From the NCBI GenBank assembly GCA_038087875.1, contig CM075984.1, forward strand, positions 14,942,001-15,006,000: 64,000 nucleotides of DNA, written 5' to 3'. The notes under the pieces were generated by a model. That model did not search any database. It was not told the origin of the DNA and saw nothing but the letters and a program-made list of their open reading frames with translations. Below, in pieces: positions 13,048 to 27,035 of this stretch. Within the stretch, counting starts at the first letter, position 1. The number at the start of each line of letters is the position of its first letter. Made by a program: the position numbers and the translations under genes. The DNA is from Malacoraja senta (Eukaryota).

Positions 13048-13433
13048 AAAATGAGCTGCAGTTAAGCAAAGGGACGTAGTGTGGGCCTCCTATAAGAAAG
13101 ATAATCTGAGAGTTAGTTACACAGCCAGTACCTACGATTATCATAGGGATCTCTAGGACCCGCAGTTTGTATGGGATCGATCTCATTGTACTTTTAAGAA
13201 ATGTCAGGATTTCAGATTATTTTTCCTCTCGTGTCTTTGTTCAAAGATGGAGGCATTAGCTATGTCCAACCTGACAAATAGCACGAGGTGAGAACCTTAC
13301 AGCAACTCTTGGACCTACTGTCGCTTTCCATGATCCTTGAGCATCCAGGAGCTGGCATCCGCTGTTTAAACAACGTATTGCATGTGATCTACGCATGAGT
13401 TTCAGCACCAGGACAGATTGATGCCATTCCTTC

Positions 13434-13642
13434 AGTTTGTATGTTCTCCCCGTGACCGCGTGGGTTTTCTCCAGGTGTTCCGGTTTCCTCCCACACTTCA
13501 AAGACGTACAGGTTTGTAGGTTAATTGGCTTCGGTAAAGATTGTAAATTGTCTCCAGTGTGTAGGATAGTGTATGTGGATCGCTGGTCGGCACGGACTCA
13601 GTGGGCCGTAGGGCCAGTCTCTGTGCTAAACTGAACTAAACT
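13434..13642 (+). mobile_element. 5'-truncated HE1/V-SINE-like SINE
   Basis: Core and tail present, tRNA head absent. Confidence 0.85.
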
Positions 13643-13987
13643 CAAAATATCAATACCTATTTGGTACTAATTACCCTGGGAAAACAATTATTGGCTTTGT
13701 GCAACAACATCGCACGTACGTTTAAGATGAATTCCTTTGGTCAGGTTTATTTTAGTAGAACATTTAATGTGAAAATCTTACAAAATATCTTCAAAGGTTG
13801 ACAGCATCTGTTATGGCTGCATGCACCAGTGACCTGTCTCTGCTTTGTATTCCATTGAGCCAAAAGGAAACAATTCCTTGCCAACATCTGTCAGAAGTGT
13901 GAAGCTCTATTCCCATTTGGTGAATGTGTCAGGCTGCATTGCTGTGTCCGAGTCTAATTAGGTTGCTGTGAACATTCTCAACACCTG

Positions 13988-14307
13988 GAGACTTGGTTTT
14001 ATTGTTACTTTTTAATCCTCAGAACCTGGCATTGAATCTAAAGTTGGATAAATTGCTTTTTTTTCCTTTTTCGTTTCAGATGCTTGTTAATATAAATGTA
14101 CAAAGCTGTTTATTTTCATTCTCCCAGCTCTGAGTCTCACTTGGACTAACTAACCCTGAGACTTGGTTTTATTGTTACTTTTTAATCTTCAGAAAGTTGG
14201 ATAAATTGCGAAAAATTCTTGATTTCCGACACTTGTTAATATAATTGTGCATCAGCTGCTTGTGTTTATTCTCCCATAATATGAGCCTCACATGGACTAA
14301 CTATCCT
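13988..14307. repeat. Local tandem duplication, period about 170 bp
   Basis: gagacttggttttattgttactttttaatc at 13988 and 14158; both units end …tggactaacta. Confidence 0.88.
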
Positions 14308-14390
14308 TGAAGCTGTTTCTCTTTATTCCTGTTATTCTCTGTGTGGTATCTGTTTCTGGTTTGGAAATGAGCAAAAAGGACTATGTGTTA

Positions 14391-14695
14391 AGGGCCTGTG
14401 GAGCAGCGGTAGAGCTGCTGCCTTGCAGCGCCAAAGACCTGGGTTCGATCCTGACTACGGGTGCTGTCTGTATGGAGTTTGTTCGTTCTCCCTGTGTCCA
14501 CATGGGTTTTTGGGTGCTCCGGTTTCCTCTCACACTCCAAAGACCTACTGGTTTGTGGGTTAACTGGCTTCTGTAGATTGTCCCTAGATGTGTAAGATAG
14601 TGCTAGAGTACAGGGTGATTGCTGGTCGGCATGGACTCAGTGGGTTTAAGGGCCTTTTTCCACGCTGTATCTCTAAGATCTGAAGTAAAGTCTAA
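14391..14695 (+). mobile_element. HE1/V-SINE-like SINE
   Basis: A/B boxes (gggttcgatcc), core, tail. Confidence 0.9.
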
Positions 14696-14719
14696 AGCCT
14701 TTTAAGCATCAGTGAATTA

Positions 14720-15545
14720 ATGGCTGAGCCCTGATTTTAAAAAAAAATCAGATTTCCAATATTATTAATTTGCAATCCAAATATCATTCCCAATCATGGA
14801 CCCACCCATTGATTAAATCTCCATAATACTGTGGAGGAGAGATCTCCAAAGATTCCCAGTCCTCTATCTGAAGACAATTCAACCCAGGTGAGTCCCAAAT
14901 AGCTTGGTCTTCACTCCAAGTTTATGCTTCCTAGTTCATGACCCTGAGTCAGGAGAAGCAGCCTTTCTCACCAAGGCCTTTCAGAATTTTACATTTCAAT
15001 GAGATCCCCACCACTCTTCAGAACTCCAATGACTGTAGGATAATCCTTCCCAGGAAACAGTCTTGTGAAAGATTACCTGCCTTAGCAAAGTGCAAAAATA
15101 AGCTCCATATGTGCGAAAACCAAAACATACTCATAGGACTCAAGCTGTTGTTTCATCAAAGTTGCAGCAAGAACTGATAACATCTATTCCCCAGTTCACT
15201 AAAAGCAAGCCTACTATTTGCCTTCTTCAGATTGAAGAAGGATTCCGACCCGATTTCGATTCCTTTCGATTTTCTGAAGAGATATTGCCTGACCTGCTGA
15301 ATTAGCCAGCATTATGCCTTCTATCTTCGGTACAAACCAGCACCTGGAGTTCCTTTTTATTAATGTTTGCCTTACTATTTATTTTACCTATATGTTAGAA
15401 TTCGGTGTTTTATATAGTAGGCCTCCCAAATGCTGTTGAACACTTTACTTTCCATTACCTTTTCACGGAGAAACATTCTATATTCTTTGTATCAAAATGA
15501 GTAACGTTATATTTTCCTCCTTTTTATTCCATTTACCACTTGTTT
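14720..15545 (-). mobile_element. Ancient CR1 remnant interrupted by a Penelope pseudo-LTR piece (about 15225-15355)
   Basis: Degenerate antisense CR1 ORF2-end motifs (ccaaggcctttcagaattttacatttcaatgagatccc). Confidence 0.5.
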
Positions 15546-17189
15546 GCTCCCTTATCTTTTTGCAATAAAAAAGAACTGCAGAGGCTGGTTTATACCAAAG
15601 ATAGATGCAAAATGCTGGAGCAACTCAGCGGGTCAGGCGTAAAACGTCACCTATCTTTTCTCCAATATCTTGCCTAAGATCTCAGCCATTTCCTTATCTC
15701 CCTGCTTATGCCCCAGACAAAACTCTTTCTTTCAAATCCTTCAAAATTTTAATAAATATTTGCTGGAACAGTTGATACTTAAACTATATTTCATGTAAGT
15801 TGTAACATCCTACAGCCCTTTCTTCTCCAATGGAACCAATGACTGTGTGCAGTTATAGAAAGAACTAAATATTCCTCGGTGTGCAAGGCCACATCCCAGA
15901 GGGTTATCTTCAGTGTGTGCATTCAACCTGTTTACAACCAGCAAACTAACAAGCTTTACCATTGAACATTCAGATGAAAATTGTGAACTGCAAATTATAA
16001 AGGTGGTGACTGTGCAAAGCTGCCTCAGGATCTCGGGTTTAATGCCAAATCAGTCTACTGCCTCCCCTGATGTTTTCCTGAAAGTTATTCTTTGGAACCA
16101 TTTTGAACACAGACTCCACCATGAAGTTCTCATATCTTCTATGAATTCCTTCTTTATTCTTTTTATCTAAAGAATGACCCTGAAACTTTTTTACATCATT
16201 CCAAGGCAACATTTTCTTTCAAGAGAAAATTACAGAGTAGATACTGTTATATATTGCCCACTAACTCCTCTGAAGATCCAAGCAAATTTTTTGTGCATGC
16301 AGTGCAAAGGGGCACAGGTTGATTTTTCAGCTTGGTGGTGGTGGATTTTAAGGTTCTTTGTCACTGGAGAATTGGACAAAAGGTGACACTTCTGAAACCA
16401 AAATATTTCAAAAAACTAATCCTTGAACTTACAGAAAGTTTAAAATATTCTGTGAAACTTTTAAATTCTAGACAGGTTTACTGCACCAGACAGTGAATTC
16501 AGACTTATCCTGAGGGGGATCTTTAATGTAACATTAGACCATATCTGATATATAAGTAAAACTATAAAAGTGCACATGTTCAAGTAACTACTTTCTGAAC
16601 TGACCCATTTTGGGGAATTTATAATGAAGGTCAGTTATAAATCAGAGGGAGTTGTGCCCTTCACAAGAGAGAAAGCCTGTCTCCTTGGTCTCTCAGTAGG
16701 CGTAGTGCATGTCTATTTGCCAGACCATCATTGGTCAGGGAATATTGACTGGTGATTGCACAAGGATCAGGTCCATTCACAATTCCTCATCAAATGAGGC
16801 AGTCCTTCCCTGATGCAGCAAGATCGAATCAACATTCCCCCCCCCCACAAAGTGTATGGCAATATCTCTCTCCAACAAAGGAGAGCGTAACTATTTGTCC
16901 TCATCTCAATGGTATTAGCACTGCTCGTGTTCGTAAGCTCATAAGTTATAGGAGCAGTATTAATCCATTCGCCCCATCAAGTCTACTCCGCCATTCAATC
17001 ATGGTTGATCTATCCCTCTCAACCCCATTCTCATGCCTTCTCCCCATAACTCCTGACACCACTGTAAAGGCTCTGCAATAAACAACCTGGTAGTCATCAT
17101 GGGTCTGAAGATCAAATGGTTCAGCCATGTAACTCCTGCAGCAGGGAACATCGCCTCCTCACATCCCAAACCCTCCATTTCATCCCCAA

Positions 17190-17480
17190 GGTTTAGGTTG
17201 AGGTTTAGGTTTATCATTGTCACATGTACCGAGTACTTGTTTTGCATGCTATCCAATCTGATCAGATAATACTATACATAAATACAATCAAGTTAAACTC
17301 AAGGGCTTTAGGTAGAGCAAAGGGGAGAACAAAGTTCTGCCCAGAATACATACAAAGTGCACAATATACTTCCCAGCATTGTAGCGCACCAGTGGGGCAC
17401 AGGTGAACCGGGCAGTACCCTAGCTTACGAAAGGACCGTTCAGAAGCCTAATAACAGAGGTGAAAAATCGGATGGTGCTT
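17190..17480 (-). mobile_element. Rex-Babar-type 3' UTR fragment (another at about 17750-17860)
   Basis: tttatcattgtcacatgtaccgag…ttgcatgctatcca is the reverse complement of a tgacaataaa-microsatellite tail. Confidence 0.65.
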
Positions 17481-17524
17481 GCTTTCTAGCTTCAGTATCT
17501 TCTGCCTGATGAGAGCAGCGAGAA

Positions 17525-18190
17525 AAAGGAATGGTCACACAAGTCCAAAGCATAATGGAATAATCTCCGCTTGCCTGGATGAGTATGTCCAAAAGGACTT
17601 TGGCATCATCCAAGAAAAAAGAGCTCATTGCATTGGTAACACCTCTAACAATTTCAACGCCTTCACCACGATGTACAGCAGCTGCAGTCTGCAAGCAGCA
17701 GTCTATCTGCACACAGGCTAAACTAGCAGCATGCTTATGACGTCTAAGTGTTCAGTTTAGTTTATTGTCATGTGTACAGTGAAAAGCTATTGTTGCATGC
17801 TAACCCGTCCGTGGAAAGACAATACATGATTACAATTGAGCCATCCACAGTGTACAGAAATGCTGCTGTTGGAGTCGAGATCTAAAAGAGTGGAGCGATT
17901 GTGATGCGTGATTGCAGATCCACTTCTGTGACCAGCACACAAAGAGTCGCCTGGGTTGGGCGCCATCCAGTAGGATCAAGGGGGGAAAAGGGATGCAGAA
18001 ACATCAAAATATCTCAACCAGCAAGTGCTCCTCCTGTTTGCACATCACCTTGTTTTGGAAATATGTCATCGTTTGTTAATTGTTTCTGGGTCTAAATCTT
18101 AGAACTTCCTACTCAATCGAATTTTGGGAATTCCTTCAGCGGAATGTGGCTCATCACAAACTTCACGAGAGCAACTAGGAATAGGCAATA
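17525..18190 (+). mobile_element. Ancient CR1-group LINE 3' portion, interrupted
   Basis: caagtccaaagcataatggaataatctccgcttgcctggatgagt reads Q-V-Q-S-I-M-E-*-S-P-L-A-W-M-S; tail gagcaactaggaataggcaata. Confidence 0.6.
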
Positions 18191-18194
18191 CATA

Positions 18195-18468
18195 ATTTAG
18201 AGATTTAGAGATAGAGTGGGGAAATAGCCCCTTCGGCCCACCGAGTCCACGCCGACCTGTTCCACTAACACACACTACACATTAGGAACAATTTACAATT
18301 TTTACCAAAGTACATCTTTGGAGTGTGAGAGGAAACCGGAGCACCCGGGGAAAACCCACACGGTCACGGGGAGATTGTACAAACTCCGTACAGACAGCAC
18401 CGCAGTCAGAATCGAACCCTGTAACTCTGGTGCTGTAAGGCAGCAACCACCACTGTGCCACCGCGCCA
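18195..18468 (-). mobile_element. HE1/V-SINE-like SINE
   Basis: Reverse-complement head, core and tail. Confidence 0.88.
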
Positions 18469-19913
18469 CTCATCTGTGGAGGGACGTGGACAGAAATGGA
18501 CAGACAGTTATGGGTCGGGACCCTTCTTCTGGACTGGAGTAGATGAGAGATAGCTGGTGGAAAGAGGTGAGGGATAAGGGCGATAGCTGGTAGAAAGCTG
18601 CAAACCAAAGATATCTGGTCAATGAGTGAATGAGAGCACTTGGAGAGTGAGAATGAAGACAAATATATGTAGACAAAAGAATGTGGGAGTTACCAAATGC
18701 AGAGCAGGATGGCATGTCCTCCACTCCCCTGAAAAAAAGGAAGGAAAAAAACCCAAGCTGAGCTAACATTACAGATGGACAACTGATGCAGACCGAGAAA
18801 TCACGCTACCTGATAATGGGCTCTGACCGGAAACATTGTTCGTTTCTCTTCCCACCGATGTGACCTGACCTGCTGAGTATTCCCAGCAATTTCCAGCAAT
18901 TTTATGGTTTCTTCCTTTGCAATTCTGTTAGATCTTTGTGGTTTCATTACCAGAAACATTACCATTCTTTATGTCTTGCCTTTGGCCATTTCAATCATTC
19001 CTGCCTTCGACCCTATTACCTTTATTTACTCTTTCTTAACTTGCAGCCCCATGGCCAAAGATTGTTGAAAGGCTGCTATGTCCGTAATCCTTGATAGTTC
19101 TCGAGTTGTCACATTGAGTCATTAACTCTGCCTCTCTCAATACCGTCGCTGTATCTTGCTGAGCATTTCTAGTATTTTATGTACCTTTATCTAACAGATT
19201 CATTCCAGTCTAAGGTAAAGAAAGAGTACTGCTGGAATTTCTTTATTGATGGAACAGAAGCTGAAAGAAGCACTTCACTAGTCAGTTCCAAGATTATGTA
19301 TTGCACTAAATTAATCTACAATTTAGCTGGCAGCTTGCAACAACCATGGTTTCCAAATTTGCACATTAAAATTTATGCTGTTGAAAATTAACATCATAAA
19401 GATAACGATCGGCAGATAAAATATGAGGAGTTGTGGCACAAAGCACAGACAGTAAAATATTGTGCCACTTGGCACAGGAATAGTTCAAACTGAAACATTT
19501 GGAGAAATGTCAGAGTAGCTATTGACAGCACCGTGCCAGCCAATGAGTTGGAAGGTAGCTGCCATGTAGGATGCTGCCTGAACTACTGACTTCCTCGCGC
19601 AGTTTGCTTTTCACTAAGGTAGGAATGTTTATGTTGAATTGTCCATTGTACAGCTCACAAAGGTAATTAGTTTAGTTAGAGATACAGCATGGAAACAGGC
19701 CCACCAAGTCCATGCCTAACGCCGATCACCCGTTCACACTAGTTCTACGTGATTCCATTTCCTCACTTTCACACTGACTGGCCCAGAACTAACAAGAACA
19801 TTGAATGGGACTTATCCTGAATAAAGGTGATGAAAAATATTCAGTAAAAAAAACAGAACGCTGGAAGAACCTAGTGGTCAAGCAGCAACTGTGGAGGCTA
19901 AATGTGTAAGTGT

Positions 19914-20224
19914 AGTTTAGTTTAGAGATACAGCATGGAAACTGGCTCTTCAGCCTACTGCATCCACTCAGACCATTGATCACCCATGCACACACTACTT
20001 CTAGACACTCCCTACACACAAGGGACAATTTACAGAGGCCAATTGATCTACAAGTCCGCACTTCTTTTGGTTGTGGGGGGAAACGGGAGCACCCGGATAG
20101 AATCCCACGTAGTTACAGGGGGAACATGCAAACTCCACGCAGATAGCGCCTGAAGTCAACATTGAACCCAGGTCTCTGGTGCTGTGAGGCAGCAGCTCAA
20201 CCGGCTGTGCCACTGTGCTGCCCA
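19914..20224 (-). mobile_element. HE1/V-SINE-like SINE (plus a 3' fragment at about 19668-19760)
   Basis: Reverse-complement head, core and (tttag)n tail. Confidence 0.88.
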
Positions 20225-20681
20225 CTTGGAAAGTCAGCTAAAGAATGGGGGAGTCAAAAATGACACCAATTTCTCTCGGTGAAAGCGGGACAGCGAGAGA
20301 TGGACTGCAGTGTTCCATTGTTAAGGAAGGATTGGGTTGTGCAGGTTGTTACATATTATAATGTAATAGAAAAATCAGTGAGTGAAGGATAGTTGCATCT
20401 AAATTATGTGTGCACAAATAACTTCACCACTAACCTGGTACTCCCAATCAACTCTACTTTGCTTTGCCATAGCATTGTCAAAAAGAATTATAAACTGCTA
20501 AACATGAGATGAACAAACTGAAAGACAGCCAAAAAATGGAGTTGTGGATAAAACAAGAAACAGGCTTCCTTATACTTACATTTTGTAACTTGTCCTACAT
20601 CTTTTGAATATGCTTGCCTGACCTCAGAAGAATGATATCCATGGGACCAAAATGCTACTTTTTCCAGTGCGAACACAGTTA

Positions 20682-21457
20682 AGGGCCTGTCCCACTTAGA
20701 CGACTTTTTAGGCGACTACAGGAGACTATGCGGTCGCCACATGTTCGCGGGTGGTTGCTGGGGAGTCGCCTTCATGGTCGTGAGTAGTTCCCGCATTCTC
20801 GGAACTAGTCACGGCTTCCTTCTGGTCGCCACAAATTTTTCAACATGTTTTTTCAATGAAGCCACCATGGACAGTAGCGAGAATTCTCGTGCCGTAGGTG
20901 CAGTGGGAGTGGGTCGCCAGGAGGTCGTAGGTTCTCGTAGGTTGTAGCCTGCTAACCGGTGAATTTCATTGGCTCATTGGGAAAAAACCCCGTAAACAGT
21001 AGTTTTCAGAACCAAGGATAACTGACCCGGAAATGTTAATGTCCGCCGAGCTTCACAGCCGTGTATCTCTGGATTCTTAAAAGTTATCTCCACTCCTTCT
21101 CCCCACCCCGTCTCCCCCTACTCCCCCATTTCTCCCCCCTATTTTAAAGGAGTTAAGTGACCCTTCCCGTACACTGTGCTTTCACCGTCTTAATTACAGC
21201 GTCAATCTTCCTGTTCATCGTGGTGTGTGTCTGTATCACATTGGCTTTGCACCGTGTGAATTTCACTCAGACAGCGCTCCCCACGTTTGCCCTGTCCCCC
21301 GCCTACATAACTGGCTGGTGGAGGAAGCGATGTGTGTATGTGTTTGTGTGTGTTCCACTCTGACATCGCCGTTCCAGTCGCTGGTTTTTCAGCGACCGAA
21401 AACGACTTGACAGTCGCCGGCTGTCGCCTGAAAAATCGCCGAAGTGGGACAGGCCCA
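20682..21457. mobile_element. PIF/Harbinger-type MITE
   Basis: TIRs gggcctgtcccactt / aagtgggacaggccc; TTA duplication at 20679-20681 and 21458-21460. Confidence 0.92.
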
Positions 21458-24034
21458 TTATACTGTGGGAACTCTCCATGAAACTTGACATTCAGATTTA
21501 GTTTAAGTCTACTATTGAGGCCCCTTGGGAGCTGTTTTGCTGCTCATATTTATTTCACATACAACTTCGATAAACATTAGATAGAGGAAATATTTTTGAG
21601 CCTTTGCTGGATTTGTTAAATGTCGTGTCAAATAATGACTCCCGGTCTTCCACTCAATGAGCCCGAATGCTCAGTGGCAGAATTTGCAAGCAGTTCAGCT
21701 ATAAATGGATATCTCCATCTGACGAGATCCTTGTATCCCTAGATGGCATTAATAACTGCGACAACATTCACCTCATTAAACTTTGCATTACTCTCTATTA
21801 GCTTCCCCTTCTCTGGTACAAGTGTTAAGAAGGTCAGAGAAAGTTTGCGGAAAAAATAATTTATTATGGATTACTGATGTCAAGGTATTATTGAAATAAT
21901 AGAGCACTGTGAAGTTTGCAATTTGTTGGGAATGGAGGCATGATTTTTTTTAATTTTCCTGGGCACCTTTAAGCAAGCTGGCTCAGCAAATCGAATGAGT
22001 AGTGACTTAATCCTGCAGCATCTAAGGGTTTAGATTTTCCATTCAAGTTATAAGGGACAGAATACAACTCAAGCCAACTCGGTGTAAAATGTTCTGGTAG
22101 CCATTCCACTGACTGTCATCCCCTCTGGCCCTCGCAATGTTTATCATAGATATTTGCAACAAAAGGATGAGAAGAGAAATGCATCATGCATTATCTTTGC
22201 GGCTACTCCGTGGCTAGGCACATATCTAGTATCCATATGTCTCATACTTTCTCATACATAAGCGGTCATTTGACCCATCAAGGTCATGCTGGTTAGAGTG
22301 GCCATGGGTGCTAGCAGGTCCATTTCAATCTTCAGAAGCCAAAGAGCCTTCACATCTGGTGCCAATGCACCATGGTGGGCAAAATCAACCATCTTTAGTG
22401 CGGAATTTAATTATTCTGTTGCAGGGCATATGACAATATAACACTCTTGATGGACAAAGGGCATGGGTCATCAAAAGACACAAATTGTCTCAGTGGCAAA
22501 TTAAAGCTACCAAATAGAGAAATTAGAATCATGGTCTAACTATATCAGTTATTTTTTATTAATTCAATTATTCATAAGAGGACTCTCCTATTGATGGTAG
22601 TCACTTGGAGAATGAACCCCCCCCCCCCCCCAATGTATATATTTATTCTTCCTGTATGCACAAAATGGGCAATGCAGTTGTCTTGACTGGAACAGAAATT
22701 TGGGACGACCCATATATTCCATAATAATAGGTGTATTGAAAGAGTTTGACAAAATTCAACCCTCTGTGTACTGCCCTTAATAGATACTCAGTATAACGTC
22801 TCCAAAATTATCAAATGGTTGCTGCTAAATTAGCAGTATTATTTACAGTGTAAGGCCACCTGTGACGAGAACATAAATATCAAACTCACACACTATGGCT
22901 ATCCTGAAATTGGAGTTAAGGCATGCTGAAGAGGCTGGTGTAATGGTAGTAGCGGTAGTACAATGGGTCACTGATACTTTATTGTCACGTGCGCACTGTG
23001 CAGTGAAATTCTTTTGGCGTAGATCACACATGCACGAGACGCCATGTTTTGGTGCCATTTGCAAAAAGTCCAATGTCCGGTGCATCACTTGATGTACTGG
23101 AGTGGCTCCCGATCTCATCTAACCAGATGAGCAGGTATCATGTTAAGTATTGTCAAAGAAAAGGTTGATTATTTGGAATGGCACCTGAGGGAACTGTTGG
23201 CTGGCAAATTGTGAGCTCTCATAGATGTTCTTTTAAACCATTTATGAACAGTTTATCATAACTTGTCATGAGCACTGACATACCATGCAATGTTCAGACC
23301 TCAATGGACAGCATTTCTGTTTGAACATGTATGGGGAAATTAGTCTCTGCTAACCAACATTGAGGATATGTGAGAGACTTACCTGTTAGTTTCCCCACAT
23401 TCAGTTCCATTACCTTTGCTGGAGCCAGATCATAGACAAGGATACAACTCGTGACAAAAGATGCTGGAATCGGGTGCGAAAAAACAAACTGCTGGAGGAA
23501 CTCAGTGGGTTGAGCAGCTTCTGTGAGAGGAAAAGAACTGCTGTTATAATGGGTTGAGATACTGCGTCGGAACTGATAATGAGATTGGGATTGGTGCAAA
23601 ACGAGTGATGTGCTGTGTTTTTGGATGGGACGAGGTTGGGGTGGTTGAAGGGCATGAATAAGTTGAGGCAGTGTATGTCGCACCAGAAATTGGAAATGAA
23701 AAATTCAGGACTGTGTTAAAGGCCCAAAGGTAGCAAACAAGAGGAAAGTGTGTGTTGGTGATGCTGGAATTGGGGAACTGGCATAGAAGAAGGTCGAGAC
23801 CTGCACAGATCAGCCACGATCATATTGAACACCTTGAAGCCAGGTGTTCTTGTTTCCTTGTGTCAGGTTCCTTTGATTCTTCAGCCTTGAATGGCATGGT
23901 GGGAGTTCAAATCCCACCATAGCAGATGGGGAATTTAATGAGCAACATTTTTTTCAAAAACGGAATTAATAAAGCTACCATCAACTTGAGTACAGTGAGG
24001 CATGAGTACAGTGACTCGAAGGAAGACTGCGCAG

Positions 24035-25070
24035 AAACATAATGAGAAATTAGAAACACGTCCATTATAGTGCAGGAGATGGACTGCAGTGTTCCATTGT
24101 CAAGGTAGGATTGGAGTTGTGCAGATTGGGTCAAGAGCCAGATAGTTGAGGGAAAGTAGCTGTTTATGAACCTGGTGGCATGGGACTTCATACTTTTGTA
24201 CCTCCTGCGCAGAGGTCACAATGAGAAGAGAGCATGTTGGTGGGGAACAACTTCTTGAGGCAGCACCTCATGTAGATGCTTTCGATGGTGGAGCGGGCTG
24301 TGCACATGATGGACCGGGCTGAGTTCACCACTCTCTACAGCCACTTGTGGTCCTGGGCATTGGAATTATCATGCCAGGCCATGATACAACCAGTCAGGAT
24401 ATCTTCTACAGTGCATCGGTTAAAGTTTATTACAGTTTTCAAAGGCATACTGAATTTCTTTAAACTTTTATGAAAGTAGGGACACTGGCACAAATTCTAT
24501 TTGATTGCATCTATGTGTTGGGTAAAGGACAGGCATCCAAGATGCTAACATCCAGGAATTTGAATCTGAAAACTCTGTCCACTTATAGAATCTGGTGTGC
24601 AGTCTTCCGACTTTCCCTTTCTGAAGTCAACAATCAGTTCCTTGGTCTTGTTGATGTTGAGCGAGCAGTTCACACCACTGTTGGCACCACTCAACCAGGT
24701 GTTCTATCTCTCTCTTGTATTGATGATTCATCACCATTGACGATTCAGCCAACCACAGTGATATTGTTGGCGAGTTTGTAAATGGCACTTTAGCAGTCGT
24801 GGGTGTAAAGAGAATAGAGCAAGGGGCTAAACACACAGCCTTGAGTTGCACCTGTGTTGATGGTCTATGAGGAGGAGATGCTATTACCAATCCACACTGA
24901 TTGAGGTCTGCCGATGAGAAAGACAGGAATCCAGTTGCAAAAGTTGAATGCCAAGCTGCAGTTGATGAACAGCAGCCTTGTGTATGTGTTCCTGTTTTCC
25001 AAATAGTCCAGAGCAGAGTGGAGAGCCAGTGAGATACTATCTGCTGTGAGAGTGATAGGCAAATTGAATC
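24035..25070 (-). mobile_element. Old Rex-Babar-type LINE RT fragment
   Basis: DSISLALHSALDYLENRNTYTRLLFI…AFN; YKREIEHLVEWC; TRFINSYFPSTIWLL. Confidence 0.85.
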
Positions 25071-25218
25071 AGAACCTCAAATAAGATGGTGACACAACTA
25101 AGATGGAACCAGGGAGAGGTGATATCTTGCAAGCAGTGTGCAGGTTACATCTATATATACATGTTATTTTAAAACTGCAAGATTTTGATTTAAAAACAAG
25201 GAATCACAAATTTTCTCT

Positions 25219-25603
25219 GGGGAGGATCTTATTGAAACATATAAGATTATGAAGGGATTGGACACACTAGAGGCAGGAAACATGTTCCCGATGTTGGGGG
25301 AGTGCAGAACCAGGGGCCACAGTTTAAGAATAAGGGGTAAGCCATTTAGAACATACAGTAGATGAGGAAAAACGTTTTCACTCAGAGAGTTGTGAATCTG
25401 TGGAATTCTGCCTCAGAAGGCATTTGAGGCCGATTCCCTGGATGCTTTCAAGAGAGAGTTGGATAGAGCTCTTAAAGGTAGCGGAGTCAAGGGATATGGG
25501 GAGAAGGCAGGAACGGGTTGTGGATGATCAGCCATGATGACAGTGAATGGCGGTGCTGGCTCGAAGGGTCAAACGGCTTACTCCTGCACCTATTGTCTAT
25601 TGT
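25219..25603 (+). mobile_element. CR1 LINE 3' end
   Basis: DLIETYKIMKGLD…TRGHSLRIRG; tail ctcctgcacctattgtctattgt. Confidence 0.9.
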
Positions 25604-25674
25604 AATGCAATCACTTTGATCTTTACCACACAGTCATAAATCACAGTTATTGTCTATACTGTTTAGAGCTACAA

Positions 25675-25966
25675 CATTTAGAGCTACAAGATGGAAACAG
25701 ACCCTTTGGTCCACCGAGTCCACTTCCACCAGCAATCACCCATGCACTAGTTCTATCCTGCACACTAAGGACAATTAATCCAAGCCAATTAACCTACAAC
25801 CCTGCATGTCTACGAAGAGTGGGAGGAAATCAGGGCACCCAGAGAAAACACACGCTGTCACGGGGGAATGAACAAACTCCACACAGACAGCACCCGTAGT
25901 CAGGATCAAACCCAGGTCTCTGGCGGTGTAAGGCAGCAAATCTACTGCTGCACCACTGTGCTGTCC
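25675..25966 (-). mobile_element. HE1/V-SINE-like SINE
   Basis: Reverse-complement head, core and tail. Confidence 0.88.
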
Positions 25967-26696
25967 CAAAGGTATTGTATATTTTATTATGCTGCAGTGA
26001 ACAGTAGAGAACTATCTGGGGAAATGCACAGAGAGATTTGATGAAACATCTGTTCCAATATGTCATGCGCAACTGATACTTTCAATATAGTATCACCATG
26101 ACAATTGCATCCTAAAATAAAGTTATCAATGGAAAGAGATAGAGGAACACATCAGCTGGGCTGCCCAGTGGAAGTTGCATGAGTTGCTCCAGTCATAAAA
26201 ATGCCTCTTCTTGGAGTTTCAATGAAGCACATCCCCAAATGATAAGCTTGTGACAACCTCCTTTAATGGGATAGAGGGCTTGTCATGTGTTTTAAGAGGT
26301 AAGAGTCAAATAAAGAAAAATAAACAAAAAATTAGCTAAACCTACCTATTTAATGAAGGTCAGTGATGCTGTTCATATAAATATGGTCTTACACATGTGC
26401 CATCTGTAGGTGGAAAAAAGTTGAAGGGTCAAATACAAGTGTACCAATTCCCTTAGCCCAATAGGTTACAGAATGCCCCTGGATTTGATGGTGGAGCAAG
26501 AGCTTTGATGCACCTTCATCTGCTCTCCAGTCCATTCCAAACCCCTGTGCTACAGTACTTAGGCTCAGAAGTCCGGATCTGCCCTGCATTTAACTAGAGG
26601 AAATTTATACTTGTATAATTTCCAAAGTCAGACACTATTTTTGAAAGGTCTAAACAGCAGTCGGGCATCAGAGTTATTTGAATCTTTCTATAGACT

Positions 26697-27035
26697 GGGT
26701 AACACATTTAGTAAAGTTGCTGCCGCACAGCTCCAGTCACCCAGGCTCAATCCTGACGACTTACTGTGTGGAGTTTGCAAGCTCTTCCTGTATCCACATG
26801 GATTTTTTCAGACATTCCGGTTTAGGCCCACATCCCAAAGATGTACCAGCTGGTAAGTTAATTGGCTGCTGTAAACTGCTCTTTGTGTATAGGTGAGCGA
26901 TAGAATTTGGGAGCAGTTGATGGGAATGTGGAGTGAATAAAATGGGATGTGCGTGAGATTAGCATAAATGGGTGCCAATGGTCGCTATGGACTCAATGAG
27001 CCAAAGGGTCTCCTTCATGCTGTATGACTATGTCA
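26697..27035 (+). mobile_element. Older HE1/V-SINE-like SINE ending about 125 bp upstream of the DNER exon
   Basis: Diverged head and core; CR1-type tail gctgtatgactatg. Confidence 0.75.

Noticed and set aside
14307-14576. ORF with a signal-peptide-like start (MKLFLFIPVILCVVSVSG)
   Set aside because: Starts at TTG and continues into SINE sequence; chance hydrophobic run.
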